Shown in pieces: positions 27,373 through 36,223 of a stretch of DNA of 59,458 bases; positions within the stretch are counted from its first letter, which is position 1; the number at the start of each line of letters is the position of its first letter. The translations under genes and the position numbers were made by a program. The stretch is taken from the NCBI GenBank assembly GCA_028286825.1, contig JAQBQV010000016.1:1-59458 (forward strand). The letters are read 5' to 3'. A model generated the notes under the pieces. The model searched no databases. It was not told the origin of the DNA and worked only from the letters and a program-made list of their open reading frames with translations. The DNA comes from Parcubacteria group bacterium. Its GTDB lineage: Bacteria > Patescibacteriota > Minisyncoccia > Phycocordibacterales > Phycocordibacteraceae.

Positions 27373-27413
27373 GCACAAATGGAGGTCCCCGAAAGGGGAT
27401 TTTCCATTTGTGC
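27373..27413. other. about 20-bp near-perfect hairpin capped by a GAAA tetraloop
   Basis: gcacaaatgga(ggtcccc)GAAA(ggggatt)tccatttgtgc. There is no U-tract on either strand, and it lies in a 215-nt gap. Confidence 0.6.
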
Positions 27414-27520
27414 GCCGTAGGCGTGACGACCCCGTTGTCTTAAAACTGCGTAATTGACGAGGGTCGGAAAAACTTGTATATTCAGCATTAGACGGCATCC
27501 CGCCGTAAATGGAGGCAATT

Positions 27521-28198
27521 ATGGTTTGGAGTATTCTGTGCATTTTGGTCGCAGTAATGTGCATACTTGGCTTCGGGTTCGTTCAAACCGGCATCGACAA
27601 ATTGGGGGAACGCTTTGAACTACCCAAGCGAATTACCGGACCCGCAGAGTACATTGCCCTCGGCCTGTTCGCTCTTACATTCATCGGAGTAGCTGCGTCA
27701 CCGCTCTACTACGAATTCCCGACCACAAGCGGTGATCTGTATTCAATTGCCGACGACGGCACATTGACAAAGCATACTTTCGGCACCTTCGAGGACGGAA
27801 AAACGTTGGCGTACCTCAAGGAGATCGACATAAAAAAATGGGGAGATGAATACCAGCGATTATCCTCAGTAGCAATTGTGACTGAGAACCCCAAAGTCCG
27901 CAGGATTAGTTATACAGCGAGAGCTCACATTACTGATGCACGTACCTTCCTCTCGGTTAGAGAAAATCGAGATACTAGCGCTAACTGGGACAATCGACTC
28001 AACCATGCCGTTACCTCGAAGCTAGAGTTCTGTGAGTACGAGTTTAACAACGCTCATTCTAAGGAGATAGCCGGATTTTACAATCCACGTGACAGTGAAC
28101 AAGTACGGCGATTCCAGGAGCTCGTCGGCGGTTACTTGAACGAATGCCTCAGCGGTGCCGGCATTTCGGCATTTGTAGTCAGTTTCGACATCTCGTAG
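27521..28198 (+). CDS. membrane protein (2 N-terminal TM), hypothetical; the C-terminal part is vaguely SPFH/band-7-like
   Basis: GGAGG lies 5 nt before ATG 27521. The SPFH resemblance (…GISAFVVSFDI end) is weak. Confidence 0.5.
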   Translation: MVWSILCILVAVMCILGFGFVQTGIDKLGERFELPKRITGPAEYIALGLFALTFIGVAASPLYYEFPTTSGDLYSIADDGTLTKHTFGTFEDGKTLAYLKEIDIKKWGDEYQRLSSVAIVTENPKVRRISYTARAHITDARTFLSVRENRDTSANWDNRLNHAVTSKLEFCEYEFNNAHSKEIAGFYNPRDSEQVRRFQELVGGYLNECLSGAGISAFVVSFDIS

Positions 28199-28268
28199 CG
28201 CATCCTCTGCACAACTTTCGACCCGCATCTGCGGGTCACTTTTTTGTAAAAATCGCGTTTAAGTTTTG

Positions 28269-28277
28269 TGATACTCT
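28269..28277 (+). promoter_or_regulatory. extended -10 TGaTACTCT, 6 nt before the trpS ATG
   Basis: Read directly from the sequence. Confidence 0.45.
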
Positions 28278-28283
28278 AGAGTC

Positions 28284-29243
28284 ATGAGTGACCATAAGCC
28301 CGTTCTCGTTTCAGGCGTTAAGCCCACCGGCGACCTCCACATTGGAAATTACTTCGGCGCTATGCGCCAGTTCGTCGAGCTCACAAAAGAAGGGAAGTAC
28401 CGCCCCTATATCTTTGTCGCTGACTATCATGCGCTTAATACAATGCAGGACGCGGAAGAAATGCGTCGTCGCACCCGCGAACTCGTCATGGCGTACATCG
28501 CCGTAGGCCTTGACCCAGAACGGGTTGTCTTTTTCAAGCAATCTGACGTACCGGCTCACACAGAGCTTTGCTGGATTTTTGATACGATCACGACGATGCC
28601 GTACCTCATGCGCGCTCATGCGTTTAAAGATGCTGAGGCAAAAAATAATGAGATTAGCGTGGGCACGTTTAACTATCCACTTCTCATGGCCGCAGACATT
28701 TTGCTATACGACGCATCAGTTGTGCCGGTAGGGCAGGACCAGAAACAGCATATAGAATATGCACGAGATACCGCCGAGAAATTTAACCGCATCTATAAGA
28801 GCGAAGTTTTCAAACTACCTGAGCCTTACATTATGCCTGAGGTCGCCATAGTCCTCGGGACCGACGGACAAAAAATGAGCAAAAGCTACGGCAACGTAAT
28901 CCCTCTCTTCGCTACTCGAGAAGTGCTTACGAAGGCGGTTATGAGCATTGTCACTGACTCGTCAGGCGCGCGCCCGGAAAACGTCTACCAGATTCATAAA
29001 TTGGTCCGTAGTGAGTCTGACCTTCAAGCGCTCTACAAAGAGCACGAAGGGAGCTACAAAACGCTGAAAGAGGCTCTTATTGAAGACCTTGATCGTTATC
29101 TTGCGCCGATGCGTGATAGATATGAAGAGCTTAAGAATGATCCCGGCATTGTCGATCAGGTGCTTCAGCGCGGCAAAATCGAGGCTCGCGCAGCATCAGA
29201 AGCGAAGATGGAACGAGTACGTGCTGCGATCGGTGTAAATTAG
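28284..29243 (+). CDS. trpS: tryptophan--tRNA ligase
   Basis: GVKPTGDLHIGNYFG (HIGH-type), KMSKS, about 320 aa. Confidence 0.97.
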   Translation: MSDHKPVLVSGVKPTGDLHIGNYFGAMRQFVELTKEGKYRPYIFVADYHALNTMQDAEEMRRRTRELVMAYIAVGLDPERVVFFKQSDVPAHTELCWIFDTITTMPYLMRAHAFKDAEAKNNEISVGTFNYPLLMAADILLYDASVVPVGQDQKQHIEYARDTAEKFNRIYKSEVFKLPEPYIMPEVAIVLGTDGQKMSKSYGNVIPLFATREVLTKAVMSIVTDSSGARPENVYQIHKLVRSESDLQALYKEHEGSYKTLKEALIEDLDRYLAPMRDRYEELKNDPGIVDQVLQRGKIEARAASEAKMERVRAAIGVN

Positions 29244-29284
29244 TTTTGTCTTATGCAAACATACGTGCTTAAATGATTCCTTAG

Positions 29285-29304
29285 TCTTAAGCATGTGCTT
29301 AAGA
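29285..29304. repeat. 9-2-9 perfect palindrome tcttaagca-tg-tgcttaaga; the half-site gtgcttaa also occurs 30 nt upstream (29265-29272)
   Basis: Read directly from the sequence. It sits between trpS and the orphan ORF at 29328. Confidence 0.6.
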
Positions 29305-29327
29305 CGCGAAAGAAGGGACATGACGTT

Positions 29328-29612
29328 ATGATCTTTGAGGTGTTGCATGGTGTCGTCGTCTGTACACGGGACAAGCGTTGGCTCAACAAAAACGCAACCT
29401 GGAAACACATTGATGCTAAAGGCGTTGCCCCCAGCATGAGGGCATGGGTTCATCCGGTCACCAATATCCTTGCCGGCGGATTATGGGAAGGCGAAGCCTA
29501 CAAAGTTGCACGTGCGTATTACCACCCGGAACGGGGATGGACCATAGTGCACGAACAGCCCGAATTATATGGGGAATTTGTCTCCCGCATGAAAGAGGAG
29601 TGCGTCCAATAG
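29328..29612 (+). CDS. hypothetical protein
   Basis: ATG 29328 is preceded by GAAGGGA. GTG 29295 is an alternative start but lies inside the palindrome. A terminator follows. Confidence 0.4.
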   Translation: MIFEVLHGVVVCTRDKRWLNKNATWKHIDAKGVAPSMRAWVHPVTNILAGGLWEGEAYKVARAYYHPERGWTIVHEQPELYGEFVSRMKEECVQ

Positions 29613-29628
29613 AGTGCGGGACAACAGC

Positions 29629-29666
29629 CACTCGGCGACGAATAGTCGCCGAGTGTGGTATTTTAT
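29629..29666 (+). terminator. intrinsic terminator
   Basis: An 11-bp stem cactcggcgac/gtcgccgagtg followed by tggtatttt. Confidence 0.7.
29656..29664 (+). promoter_or_regulatory. extended -10 TGgTATTTT, 9 nt before the aspS ATG
   Basis: It overlaps the tail of the upstream terminator. Confidence 0.35.
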
Positions 29667-29673
29667 AAGCATC

Positions 29674-30987
29674 ATGGACCGAATACTTATAGGGGAATTG
29701 GGGCAGCACGTAGGCGAGACCGTTTTGATCTCCGGCTGGGTGGATGTGCGGCGCGACCAGGGCAAAATGGTCTTCTTCGATTTTCGCGACAGAAGTGGGG
29801 TAGTGCAAGGCGTTGTGCTCCCAGGAAGTGAGGCTCTTGAAACGGCAAAGGAGGCACGACAAGAATTTGTCGTTTCGGTTACCGGTATTGTAAATAAGCG
29901 CCCTGAAAAGAACGCGCAGGCTGAGAAACAAAATGGCGATATAGAACTTGAGGTGACGGGCGTCGAGATTCTGGCTAAAGCGCAGGAGCTCCCCTTTGAG
30001 AAAGACACCGAGATCAACATCGACACTCGCTTTGACTATCGCCCCTTTACGCTTCGCAGCGAGCGTGACCGCGATATCTTTACGGTGCAAGCGACTATTC
30101 TCGACGCATACCGCGCATCCCTCAAGCGACAGGGCATGACCGAGTTCGTTGCTCCTGCACTGGTGGGTGGCGACGCCGAAGGTGGGGCTGCAGTTTTTAA
30201 GGTTGGTTATTACTATGATCAGACTGCCTACCTCGCGACATCACCTCAGCTCTATAAGCAAATCATGGTTGGCGTGTTTGAGCGTGTCTTTACGATCGCA
30301 AAGATTTTCAGAGCTGAAAAAAGCGCAACCACTCGTCACCTTGCCGAGCTCACCCAGATGGACTTTGAGATGGGATTTATTAAAGACGAGTTTGACGTGA
30401 TAGCTGCACTCGAAACGGCAATACGTGACACAGTAACTGAGGTCGCAAAGCAACATGCTGACATTTTTAAGCGATTCAAGATTGACGTACCTCATCTGGG
30501 TACGAAATTCCCCATCCTTACTCTGAGCGAGGCGCACGCAACTCTTGGAGTGCCAGCAGAGGACGATATGACTCCTGAGCATGAACGCGCTATTTGTGAG
30601 TGGGCGCTTAAAGAACACGACTCTGACTTCGTGTTCATTACTCGTTTTCCCACCGCCGCTCGCGCCTTCTACACCAAGACCGCGGAAGGCAAGCTTTCTC
30701 GTGGCTTTGACCTCCTCTTTAGAGGTCTCGAGATTAACTCAGGGGCACAGCGCATTCACGACTACGACGAGATGGTGCAGCGTATCGAAGAGCGCGATAT
30801 GGATGCAAGCAAGTTTGCCTTCTATCTCCAAGCATTTAAGTATGGTATGCCTCCACACGGAGGGTGCTCGACAGGTCTTGAGCGCTTTACAATGAAGATG
30901 CTCGATCTTCCAAACGTCAAAGAGGCGAGTGCATTCCCGCGCGACATGAACCGAATCGATATTTTGCTCTCAAAACCGATCGACTAG
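29674..30987 (+). CDS. aspS: aspartate--tRNA ligase, archaeal/short type (likely non-discriminating)
   Basis: 437 aa with no GAD insertion. N-terminal OB fold and class II motifs (FRAE..., GGCSTGLERF). Confidence 0.95.
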   Translation: MDRILIGELGQHVGETVLISGWVDVRRDQGKMVFFDFRDRSGVVQGVVLPGSEALETAKEARQEFVVSVTGIVNKRPEKNAQAEKQNGDIELEVTGVEILAKAQELPFEKDTEINIDTRFDYRPFTLRSERDRDIFTVQATILDAYRASLKRQGMTEFVAPALVGGDAEGGAAVFKVGYYYDQTAYLATSPQLYKQIMVGVFERVFTIAKIFRAEKSATTRHLAELTQMDFEMGFIKDEFDVIAALETAIRDTVTEVAKQHADIFKRFKIDVPHLGTKFPILTLSEAHATLGVPAEDDMTPEHERAICEWALKEHDSDFVFITRFPTAARAFYTKTAEGKLSRGFDLLFRGLEINSGAQRIHDYDEMVQRIEERDMDASKFAFYLQAFKYGMPPHGGCSTGLERFTMKMLDLPNVKEASAFPRDMNRIDILLSKPID

Positions 30988-30991
30988 CCAC

Positions 30992-31735
30992 ATGGATACA
31001 GAAAATCTAAAGACAGGATTTTCGATTAAGACCGAAACCTATGAGGGGCCACTTGAGGTACTTCTCGACCTCATTGAGGCACGAAAGCTTTTGGTAAACG
31101 ACCTTGCGCTAGCCAACATAACTGAAGATTTCATTCAGCATGTGCGTGCACAAGAGGCATTCCCGGTAGAGGAGACCGCAAATTTTATTCAAATTGCGGC
31201 AACGCTACTTTTGATTAAGTCAAAATCACTTATTCCTGACCTCACGCTCACTGAAGATGAGAATGCCGACGTGGACGACTTGAAAAGGCGACTCGCTGCA
31301 TACGAGAAAGTTCGCGAAGCGGCCCGCGAGTTGTCTCGTGTCTTTGGGAAGTACCTCATGCTCCCTGGAGGCGAGAAGACTCCTCAGGTGGTGTTCGCCC
31401 CCTCCCGTGACCTCTCGGCGGCAGCGCTTTCCGAGGCGATGGTCCGCGTCTTAACTGCCCGCCAAGAGGTCGAGGCTCTACCTGAGGTTCGCGTAAAACC
31501 GCTTGTCACAATCGAAGAGATGATGGATCGGCTCGCCAAAAAGGTACAGAGTGCGATGACACTTTCATTCAAAGACTTTGCCGGGAGTGCAAAAGAAAAG
31601 GTCGAGGTAATTGTCTCATTTCTTGCACTGCTTGAGCTCGTAAAGCAGGGTGCAGTAGCCGCTGAACAATTTGAATCGTATGGCGACATTCGCATTAGCC
31701 ACACGACCTCTTCCGCCGTGCCACATTACGGCTAA
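30992..31735 (+). CDS. scpA: segregation and condensation protein A
   Basis: YEGPLEVLLDLIEARKLLVNDLALANITEDF is typical of ScpA. Confidence 0.9.
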   Translation: MDTENLKTGFSIKTETYEGPLEVLLDLIEARKLLVNDLALANITEDFIQHVRAQEAFPVEETANFIQIAATLLLIKSKSLIPDLTLTEDENADVDDLKRRLAAYEKVREAARELSRVFGKYLMLPGGEKTPQVVFAPSRDLSAAALSEAMVRVLTARQEVEALPEVRVKPLVTIEEMMDRLAKKVQSAMTLSFKDFAGSAKEKVEVIVSFLALLELVKQGAVAAEQFESYGDIRISHTTSSAVPHYG

Positions 31736-31844
31736 ATGCTACGCCGATAGGCTTGCTTTAGTATGTCATCCGTGTTTTAATTTGTTTAGAAATCGCATTC
31801 GTACAGAACGTCAGATTCATTCACAAGATTGAGAAGGAGCGAGC

Positions 31845-32399
31845 GTGCCTAAACGATCGAAACGGAAACCAAGCTGTCATTGTTTTATTCTCGCAGCATT
31901 GCAACAAACGCGGAGTAAAGGGGGAAGAAGTACCAGTTACGCAGGTTTGGCGCTTTGGAAAATCTTTGCTCTGGCAAAAGTATATTACAGCGAGGCCGAA
32001 TTTCGTACTGCCTTACGCAACCTGATGACTAGCGGCCAGTTAATCGTCACTGCCACGATTTACACCGGCTTTCCTAACGGATCTTCTCCTAATGATTCTT
32101 GGTATACCGGGGCCTACCTTGATCAGTTGACATCAATACCAAAGGACGTTCCGCTCAACGCTACAGAATGGCAATTCGACGGACGAATGCGTTACTTTGA
32201 TCCCACGAAAAAGACGAAGAAGTGCATGAGTCGAACGTATTCGATTTTGTTATATGTCGCCGCTGATGGCCTGCCGCAGGCAACGAAAATTCGACTACGT
32301 TGGAAAACAAGAGACCCGCGCACCTTGCGTGAACTTGCAGCCCCGAAGACTATTGCTGAGTCCATAATGGACTCCTTGATGGACAACCGTACGGACTAA
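31845..32399 (+). CDS. hypothetical protein inserted between scpA and scpB
   Basis: GAAGGAG lies 5 nt before GTG 31845. It has its own terminator at 32429-32461. Basic N-terminus, no recognisable motif. Confidence 0.45.
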   Translation: MPKRSKRKPSCHCFILAALQQTRSKGGRSTSYAGLALWKIFALAKVYYSEAEFRTALRNLMTSGQLIVTATIYTGFPNGSSPNDSWYTGAYLDQLTSIPKDVPLNATEWQFDGRMRYFDPTKKTKKCMSRTYSILLYVAADGLPQATKIRLRWKTRDPRTLRELAAPKTIAESIMDSLMDNRTD

Positions 32400-32428
32400 T
32401 GTTTCAAACCTAACAAAAGTGAGAGTAG

Positions 32429-32461
32429 CGGGCAGAGGCAAGTCCTCTGTCCGTATTTTTT
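32429..32461 (+). terminator. intrinsic terminator of the scpA/scpB-interrupting ORF
   Basis: cgggcagagg-caagt-cctctgtccg followed by tatttttt. Confidence 0.8.
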
Positions 32462-32522
32462 GCGCTACGTCCACACAGAAGGGCGTTGCCCTGAGGGAGG
32501 CGCGCGACTATACTAGGGAGTA

Positions 32523-33089
32523 ATGCTAACCCCTCCAGCGGCTCTTCACGCACTCCTCTTCGCAAATGGCGACTCAATGCCTAAGAAGCAAGTGGCTAAA
32601 CTGCTTGAGATCTCTGAGACTGATCTCGCGGCAGTGATCGCAGCACTCGAGGCGTCACTTCGCGAGAGCGGAGTCTCTCTGGTCGAGACCACTGAAGAGG
32701 TGGAGTTACGCACGAGCCCAGAGGCGTCTGTGGTAGTAAAGAAGCTCCGCGAGAGCGAGCTTACCCGCGACTTGGGGAAGGGGAGCCTGGAGACCTTGGC
32801 CGTGATCGCGTACCAAGCAGGTGCCACGAGAAGCGAGGTCGATTGGGTGCGCGGGGTTAACTCCTCAGCTTCAATTAGGACACTGCTCATGCGCGGACTC
32901 GTTGAAGGCAGAGAAGACGACCAGGACAAGCGCCGTATCCGCTACAGCGTCACGACCGAGGCGCTTGCACATATTGGAGTCTCGCGAGTCGACGATCTGC
33001 CGAGAGCAGAGGAGCTTCGCGCTTCGGCTGCTGCGATCATTGCTCACGAAGGGGAGTCACTCGCCGAGCATGTGTCTGAAACTGAATAA
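32523..33089 (+). CDS. scpB: segregation and condensation protein B
   Basis: Two winged-helix repeats (ALLFANGDSMP..., SLETLAVIAYQAGATRSEVDWVRGV). Confidence 0.9.
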   Translation: MLTPPAALHALLFANGDSMPKKQVAKLLEISETDLAAVIAALEASLRESGVSLVETTEEVELRTSPEASVVVKKLRESELTRDLGKGSLETLAVIAYQAGATRSEVDWVRGVNSSASIRTLLMRGLVEGREDDQDKRRIRYSVTTEALAHIGVSRVDDLPRAEELRASAAAIIAHEGESLAEHVSETE

Positions 33090-33090
33090 T

Positions 33091-34032
33091 ATGGATATCT
33101 CTGAACTGCAGAAGCTTGCTCAGCATACGCGTTTTATGCGCGAGACAGGTATGGCCTTACTTATTGGTTCTGCAGTACTCGGCCTTTTTATTTTTGTACC
33201 CTTTGGTCCCAAGCAAACAACAGCTACTACTGTCGTCGCAAGTACAACGCCAGACGCCTATACAAAAGTAACGATCGAGGCGAAGGCTGGAATTGTCTAT
33301 GATCTCACCACAAAAAAAATTCTCTATGCGAAGAACTCAGACGCGCAGCTTCCGCTAGCGTCACTCACCAAACTCCTCACCGTGTACGCAGCCCTAGCCA
33401 AACTTGCACCTTCAACTGAAATTGTAATCCCGGCCGAGGTGACAACCCTTGATCTGCCGCGAGCCTTTAATGAGGATCAGGTCTTCACCCTCTCTGACCT
33501 CGCCCGACTCACGCTCACCGCTTCGCTTAACGATGGCGCCGCCGCAATTGCTACGGCTACGGCAGCGTTTGAAGAGTCCTCACAGAGACAGATGCTCGCC
33601 AGCGCGGCTGCCGCGCTCGACCTCACACAAACGTACGCCGTAAACGGTAGCGGTCTTGACGAAAGCACTGCACTTTCTGGCGGGTACGGGTCAGCGCGCG
33701 ACCTTGCGGTACTCGCCGGTGCTCTAGTGGCCCAGGCGCCGCGCATCGCACTTGCCACAACTGAAGCGACCGCCTCGGCGGTTTCTCTCGGTGGGACCGA
33801 GTACACTGTGAACAACACCGACCCGATCATCGACACCATTCCCGGTCTCATGCTCTCAAAGACAGGATTCACCGACCTTGCTGGTGGTAATCTTGCTCTT
33901 GTGTTTGACGCTGGCATCGGTCACCCGATTGCAGTTGTGGTCCTCGGCTCATCACAAAAGTCTCGGTTTACCGATGGCTATGCGCTCGTGTCTGCAACCC
34001 TTGAGCACTTCGGCGCAAATGAATCGCTATGA
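33091..34032 (+). CDS. serine-type D-Ala-D-Ala carboxypeptidase (PBP5/6-like, S11)
   Basis: SLTK (SxxK), SLN (SxN) and KTGFT (KTG) occur in the right order. N-terminal TM anchor. Start at MDISELQ. Confidence 0.85.
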   Translation: MDISELQKLAQHTRFMRETGMALLIGSAVLGLFIFVPFGPKQTTATTVVASTTPDAYTKVTIEAKAGIVYDLTTKKILYAKNSDAQLPLASLTKLLTVYAALAKLAPSTEIVIPAEVTTLDLPRAFNEDQVFTLSDLARLTLTASLNDGAAAIATATAAFEESSQRQMLASAAAALDLTQTYAVNGSGLDESTALSGGYGSARDLAVLAGALVAQAPRIALATTEATASAVSLGGTEYTVNNTDPIIDTIPGLMLSKTGFTDLAGGNLALVFDAGIGHPIAVVVLGSSQKSRFTDGYALVSATLEHFGANESL

Positions 34033-35105
34033 TCGTTTCAGACATAATTAAAGTATTTATACCGGCGACAGCAGCCTTTGCGTTTGGGATATTGTTCGCG
34101 CCAATCCTTACGCACTACCTCTTTAAGAATAAGGTGTGGAAAAAGAAAGCAGGGAAGCTGGCGCTTGATGGTCAGCCGGCAGTCGAGTTCGAGAAAATAC
34201 GGTCGGAAGTACACACCGGTACCGAGACCTCGACCCCTAGAATGGGCGGCATCCTTATTTGGGCAAGTGTCACCTTCGTTACGGTGGGTCTGTGGATTCT
34301 CGCCAAAAGCACTCCCTTTGCAATCTTTGAGAAACTTGATTTCTTAAGTCGCAGCCAAACTTGGGTACCACTTTTTACTCTGCTAGCCGGCGCTCTGATG
34401 GGCTTTGTAAATGATCTCCTTGATATTCACCCCTCAGGAGAAAGAGGTGTCTCACTACGTTTGCGCCTTCTCTTCGTCACGCTCGTTTCGCTTTTTATCG
34501 GCTCGTGGTTTTACTACAAGCTTGAGGTCCTCAGTATCGGTATCCCAGGTGACGGGACGTTCTTTATCGGCATACTGACGATTCCGCTTTTTGTGCTCGT
34601 GACCCTCGGACTCTATGCAGGCGGCGTTATCGACGGGATCGACGGACTCTCCGGCGGAGTCTTTGGCGCGACCTTTACGGCCTATGCAGGGATCGCCTAT
34701 TTTCAAAACCAAATCAACCTCGCAGCCTTCTGTGCAACCTTGGCAGGAGGTATTCTTGCCTTCCTTTGGTTTAATATTCCACCAGCACGCTTTTGGATGA
34801 CCGAGACTGGAACTATGGGACTCACCATGACGCTCGCTGCCGTTGCCTTCATGACTGACACGCTCGGGGGAGGGTATGGGGTTGCAGCACTCCCCATTAT
34901 CGCTTTTCCCCTTGTGATAACGGTCCTTTCAAATATTATCCAGGTGGGCTCAAAGAAACTCCGTGGCAAGAAAGTGTTTCGTATTGCACCCTTGCATCAC
35001 CACTTCGAGGCAATCGGTTGGCCGTCATACAAAGTGACGATGCGCTATTGGATCATATCGATCGTGTGCGCGATTGCAGGGATGACGATCGCATTACTTA
35101 AATAA
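34029..35105 (+). CDS. mraY: phospho-N-acetylmuramoyl-pentapeptide transferase
   Basis: Ten-TM profile, TPRMGG, DGIDGL and APLHHHFE motifs. Confidence 0.95.
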   Translation: MIVSDIIKVFIPATAAFAFGILFAPILTHYLFKNKVWKKKAGKLALDGQPAVEFEKIRSEVHTGTETSTPRMGGILIWASVTFVTVGLWILAKSTPFAIFEKLDFLSRSQTWVPLFTLLAGALMGFVNDLLDIHPSGERGVSLRLRLLFVTLVSLFIGSWFYYKLEVLSIGIPGDGTFFIGILTIPLFVLVTLGLYAGGVIDGIDGLSGGVFGATFTAYAGIAYFQNQINLAAFCATLAGGILAFLWFNIPPARFWMTETGTMGLTMTLAAVAFMTDTLGGGYGVAALPIIAFPLVITVLSNIIQVGSKKLRGKKVFRIAPLHHHFEAIGWPSYKVTMRYWIISIVCAIAGMTIALLK

Positions 35106-35106
35106 T

Positions 35107-36204
35107 ATGAAGTGGGTCTCCGGCGATCGGGTATTTCTTATGCTCGTTCTGGTGTTAGCTCTTGCGGGGCTCGCCATTTTTTCGTCAGCAGCCTTGGGTC
35201 TTCTCGCACGTGAGAACGCTTCGGTTTCAAGAGATATCCTACTTCAGGCAGGCCTTGGCCTTGGCCTTGGCTTCATCGCATTTGTGATAGCACGTGCTAC
35301 CTCTTTCGCATGGATCAAGCGCGTCGCGCCATATTTGTACGGCGGAACACTTCTCTTAACTGCGATGGTCTTTATTCCCGGCGTCGGGTTCCGCGCCAAC
35401 GGCGCAACGCGTTGGATCGATCTCGGCTTTATTACGGTACAACCCGCAGAGTTTTTAAAAATTGGCGTCGTGATTATGCTCGCGTGGTGGCTTGCGCCCC
35501 GAGCTCGCCAGCTTGCGAACGTCAAAAAGGGTCTCCTTCCACTGCTTGCTATTCTTGGCCTGCCGGCTCTTCTCCTTATTGCACAACCCAATACGTCAAC
35601 AACGCTGCTTATTTGTGTGACAGGAGCAATTATGTACTTTGTAGCGGGCGCGCCGTGGAGAGACTTTGGCATTATGATTTTAATATTGATCCTCGGTCTT
35701 GGGATCATTGTAATGTCGCGTGGCTACGTGCATGACCGCGTCATGACCTTCTTAAATCCTTCCGCAAATTCTCTTGGGAAAGGCTACCAGATACAGCAGT
35801 CGTTAATTGCGGTTGGCTCGGGCGGTTTGATAGGGAAGGGGTTCGGCCAGAGCGTGGAGAAGTTTAATTATCTGCCAGAACCAGACGGCGATTCCGTGTT
35901 CGCTGTCTTTGCTGAAGAGACTGGATTTTTTGGTTCATCGATACTTGTACTTCTTTTCTTGGCTCTTTCCGCGCGCGGCATCGTTATCGCGGGCAACTCT
36001 AAAGACCTATTTGGAGCACTCATCGCACTTGGCTTCGCCTTTATCATCATCACTCAAGCGTTTATTAATATCGGTGCGATGCTTGGCATCATCCCACTCA
36101 CGGGGTTACCTCTTCCATTCGTCTCCCACGGCGGAACAGCTTTGATGGCAAACCTTCTCATGTGTGGCTTTATCCTAAACGTGGCAGCACATAAAAAAGG
36201 TTAA
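35107..36204 (+). CDS. ftsW: SEDS family peptidoglycan glycosyltransferase (FtsW/RodA)
   Basis: QPAEFLKI, YLPEPDGDSVFAV and SHGGTAL motifs. It sits between mraY and murG. Confidence 0.9.
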   Translation: MKWVSGDRVFLMLVLVLALAGLAIFSSAALGLLARENASVSRDILLQAGLGLGLGFIAFVIARATSFAWIKRVAPYLYGGTLLLTAMVFIPGVGFRANGATRWIDLGFITVQPAEFLKIGVVIMLAWWLAPRARQLANVKKGLLPLLAILGLPALLLIAQPNTSTTLLICVTGAIMYFVAGAPWRDFGIMILILILGLGIIVMSRGYVHDRVMTFLNPSANSLGKGYQIQQSLIAVGSGGLIGKGFGQSVEKFNYLPEPDGDSVFAVFAEETGFFGSSILVLLFLALSARGIVIAGNSKDLFGALIALGFAFIIITQAFINIGAMLGIIPLTGLPLPFVSHGGTALMANLLMCGFILNVAAHKKG

Positions 36205-36211
36205 AATCAGT

Positions 36212-36217
36212 TATAAT
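36212..36217 (+). promoter_or_regulatory. TATAAT, 6 nt before the murG ATG (possible internal promoter)
   Basis: Read directly from the sequence. Confidence 0.4.
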
Positions 36218-36223
36218 ATCCAT

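Noticed and set aside
29458-30090. A 210-aa ORF (and a 153-aa one) antisense to the orphan ORF and the aspS 5' end.
   Set aside because: It overlaps a confidently identified aspS and a terminator, and it has no promoter or SD.
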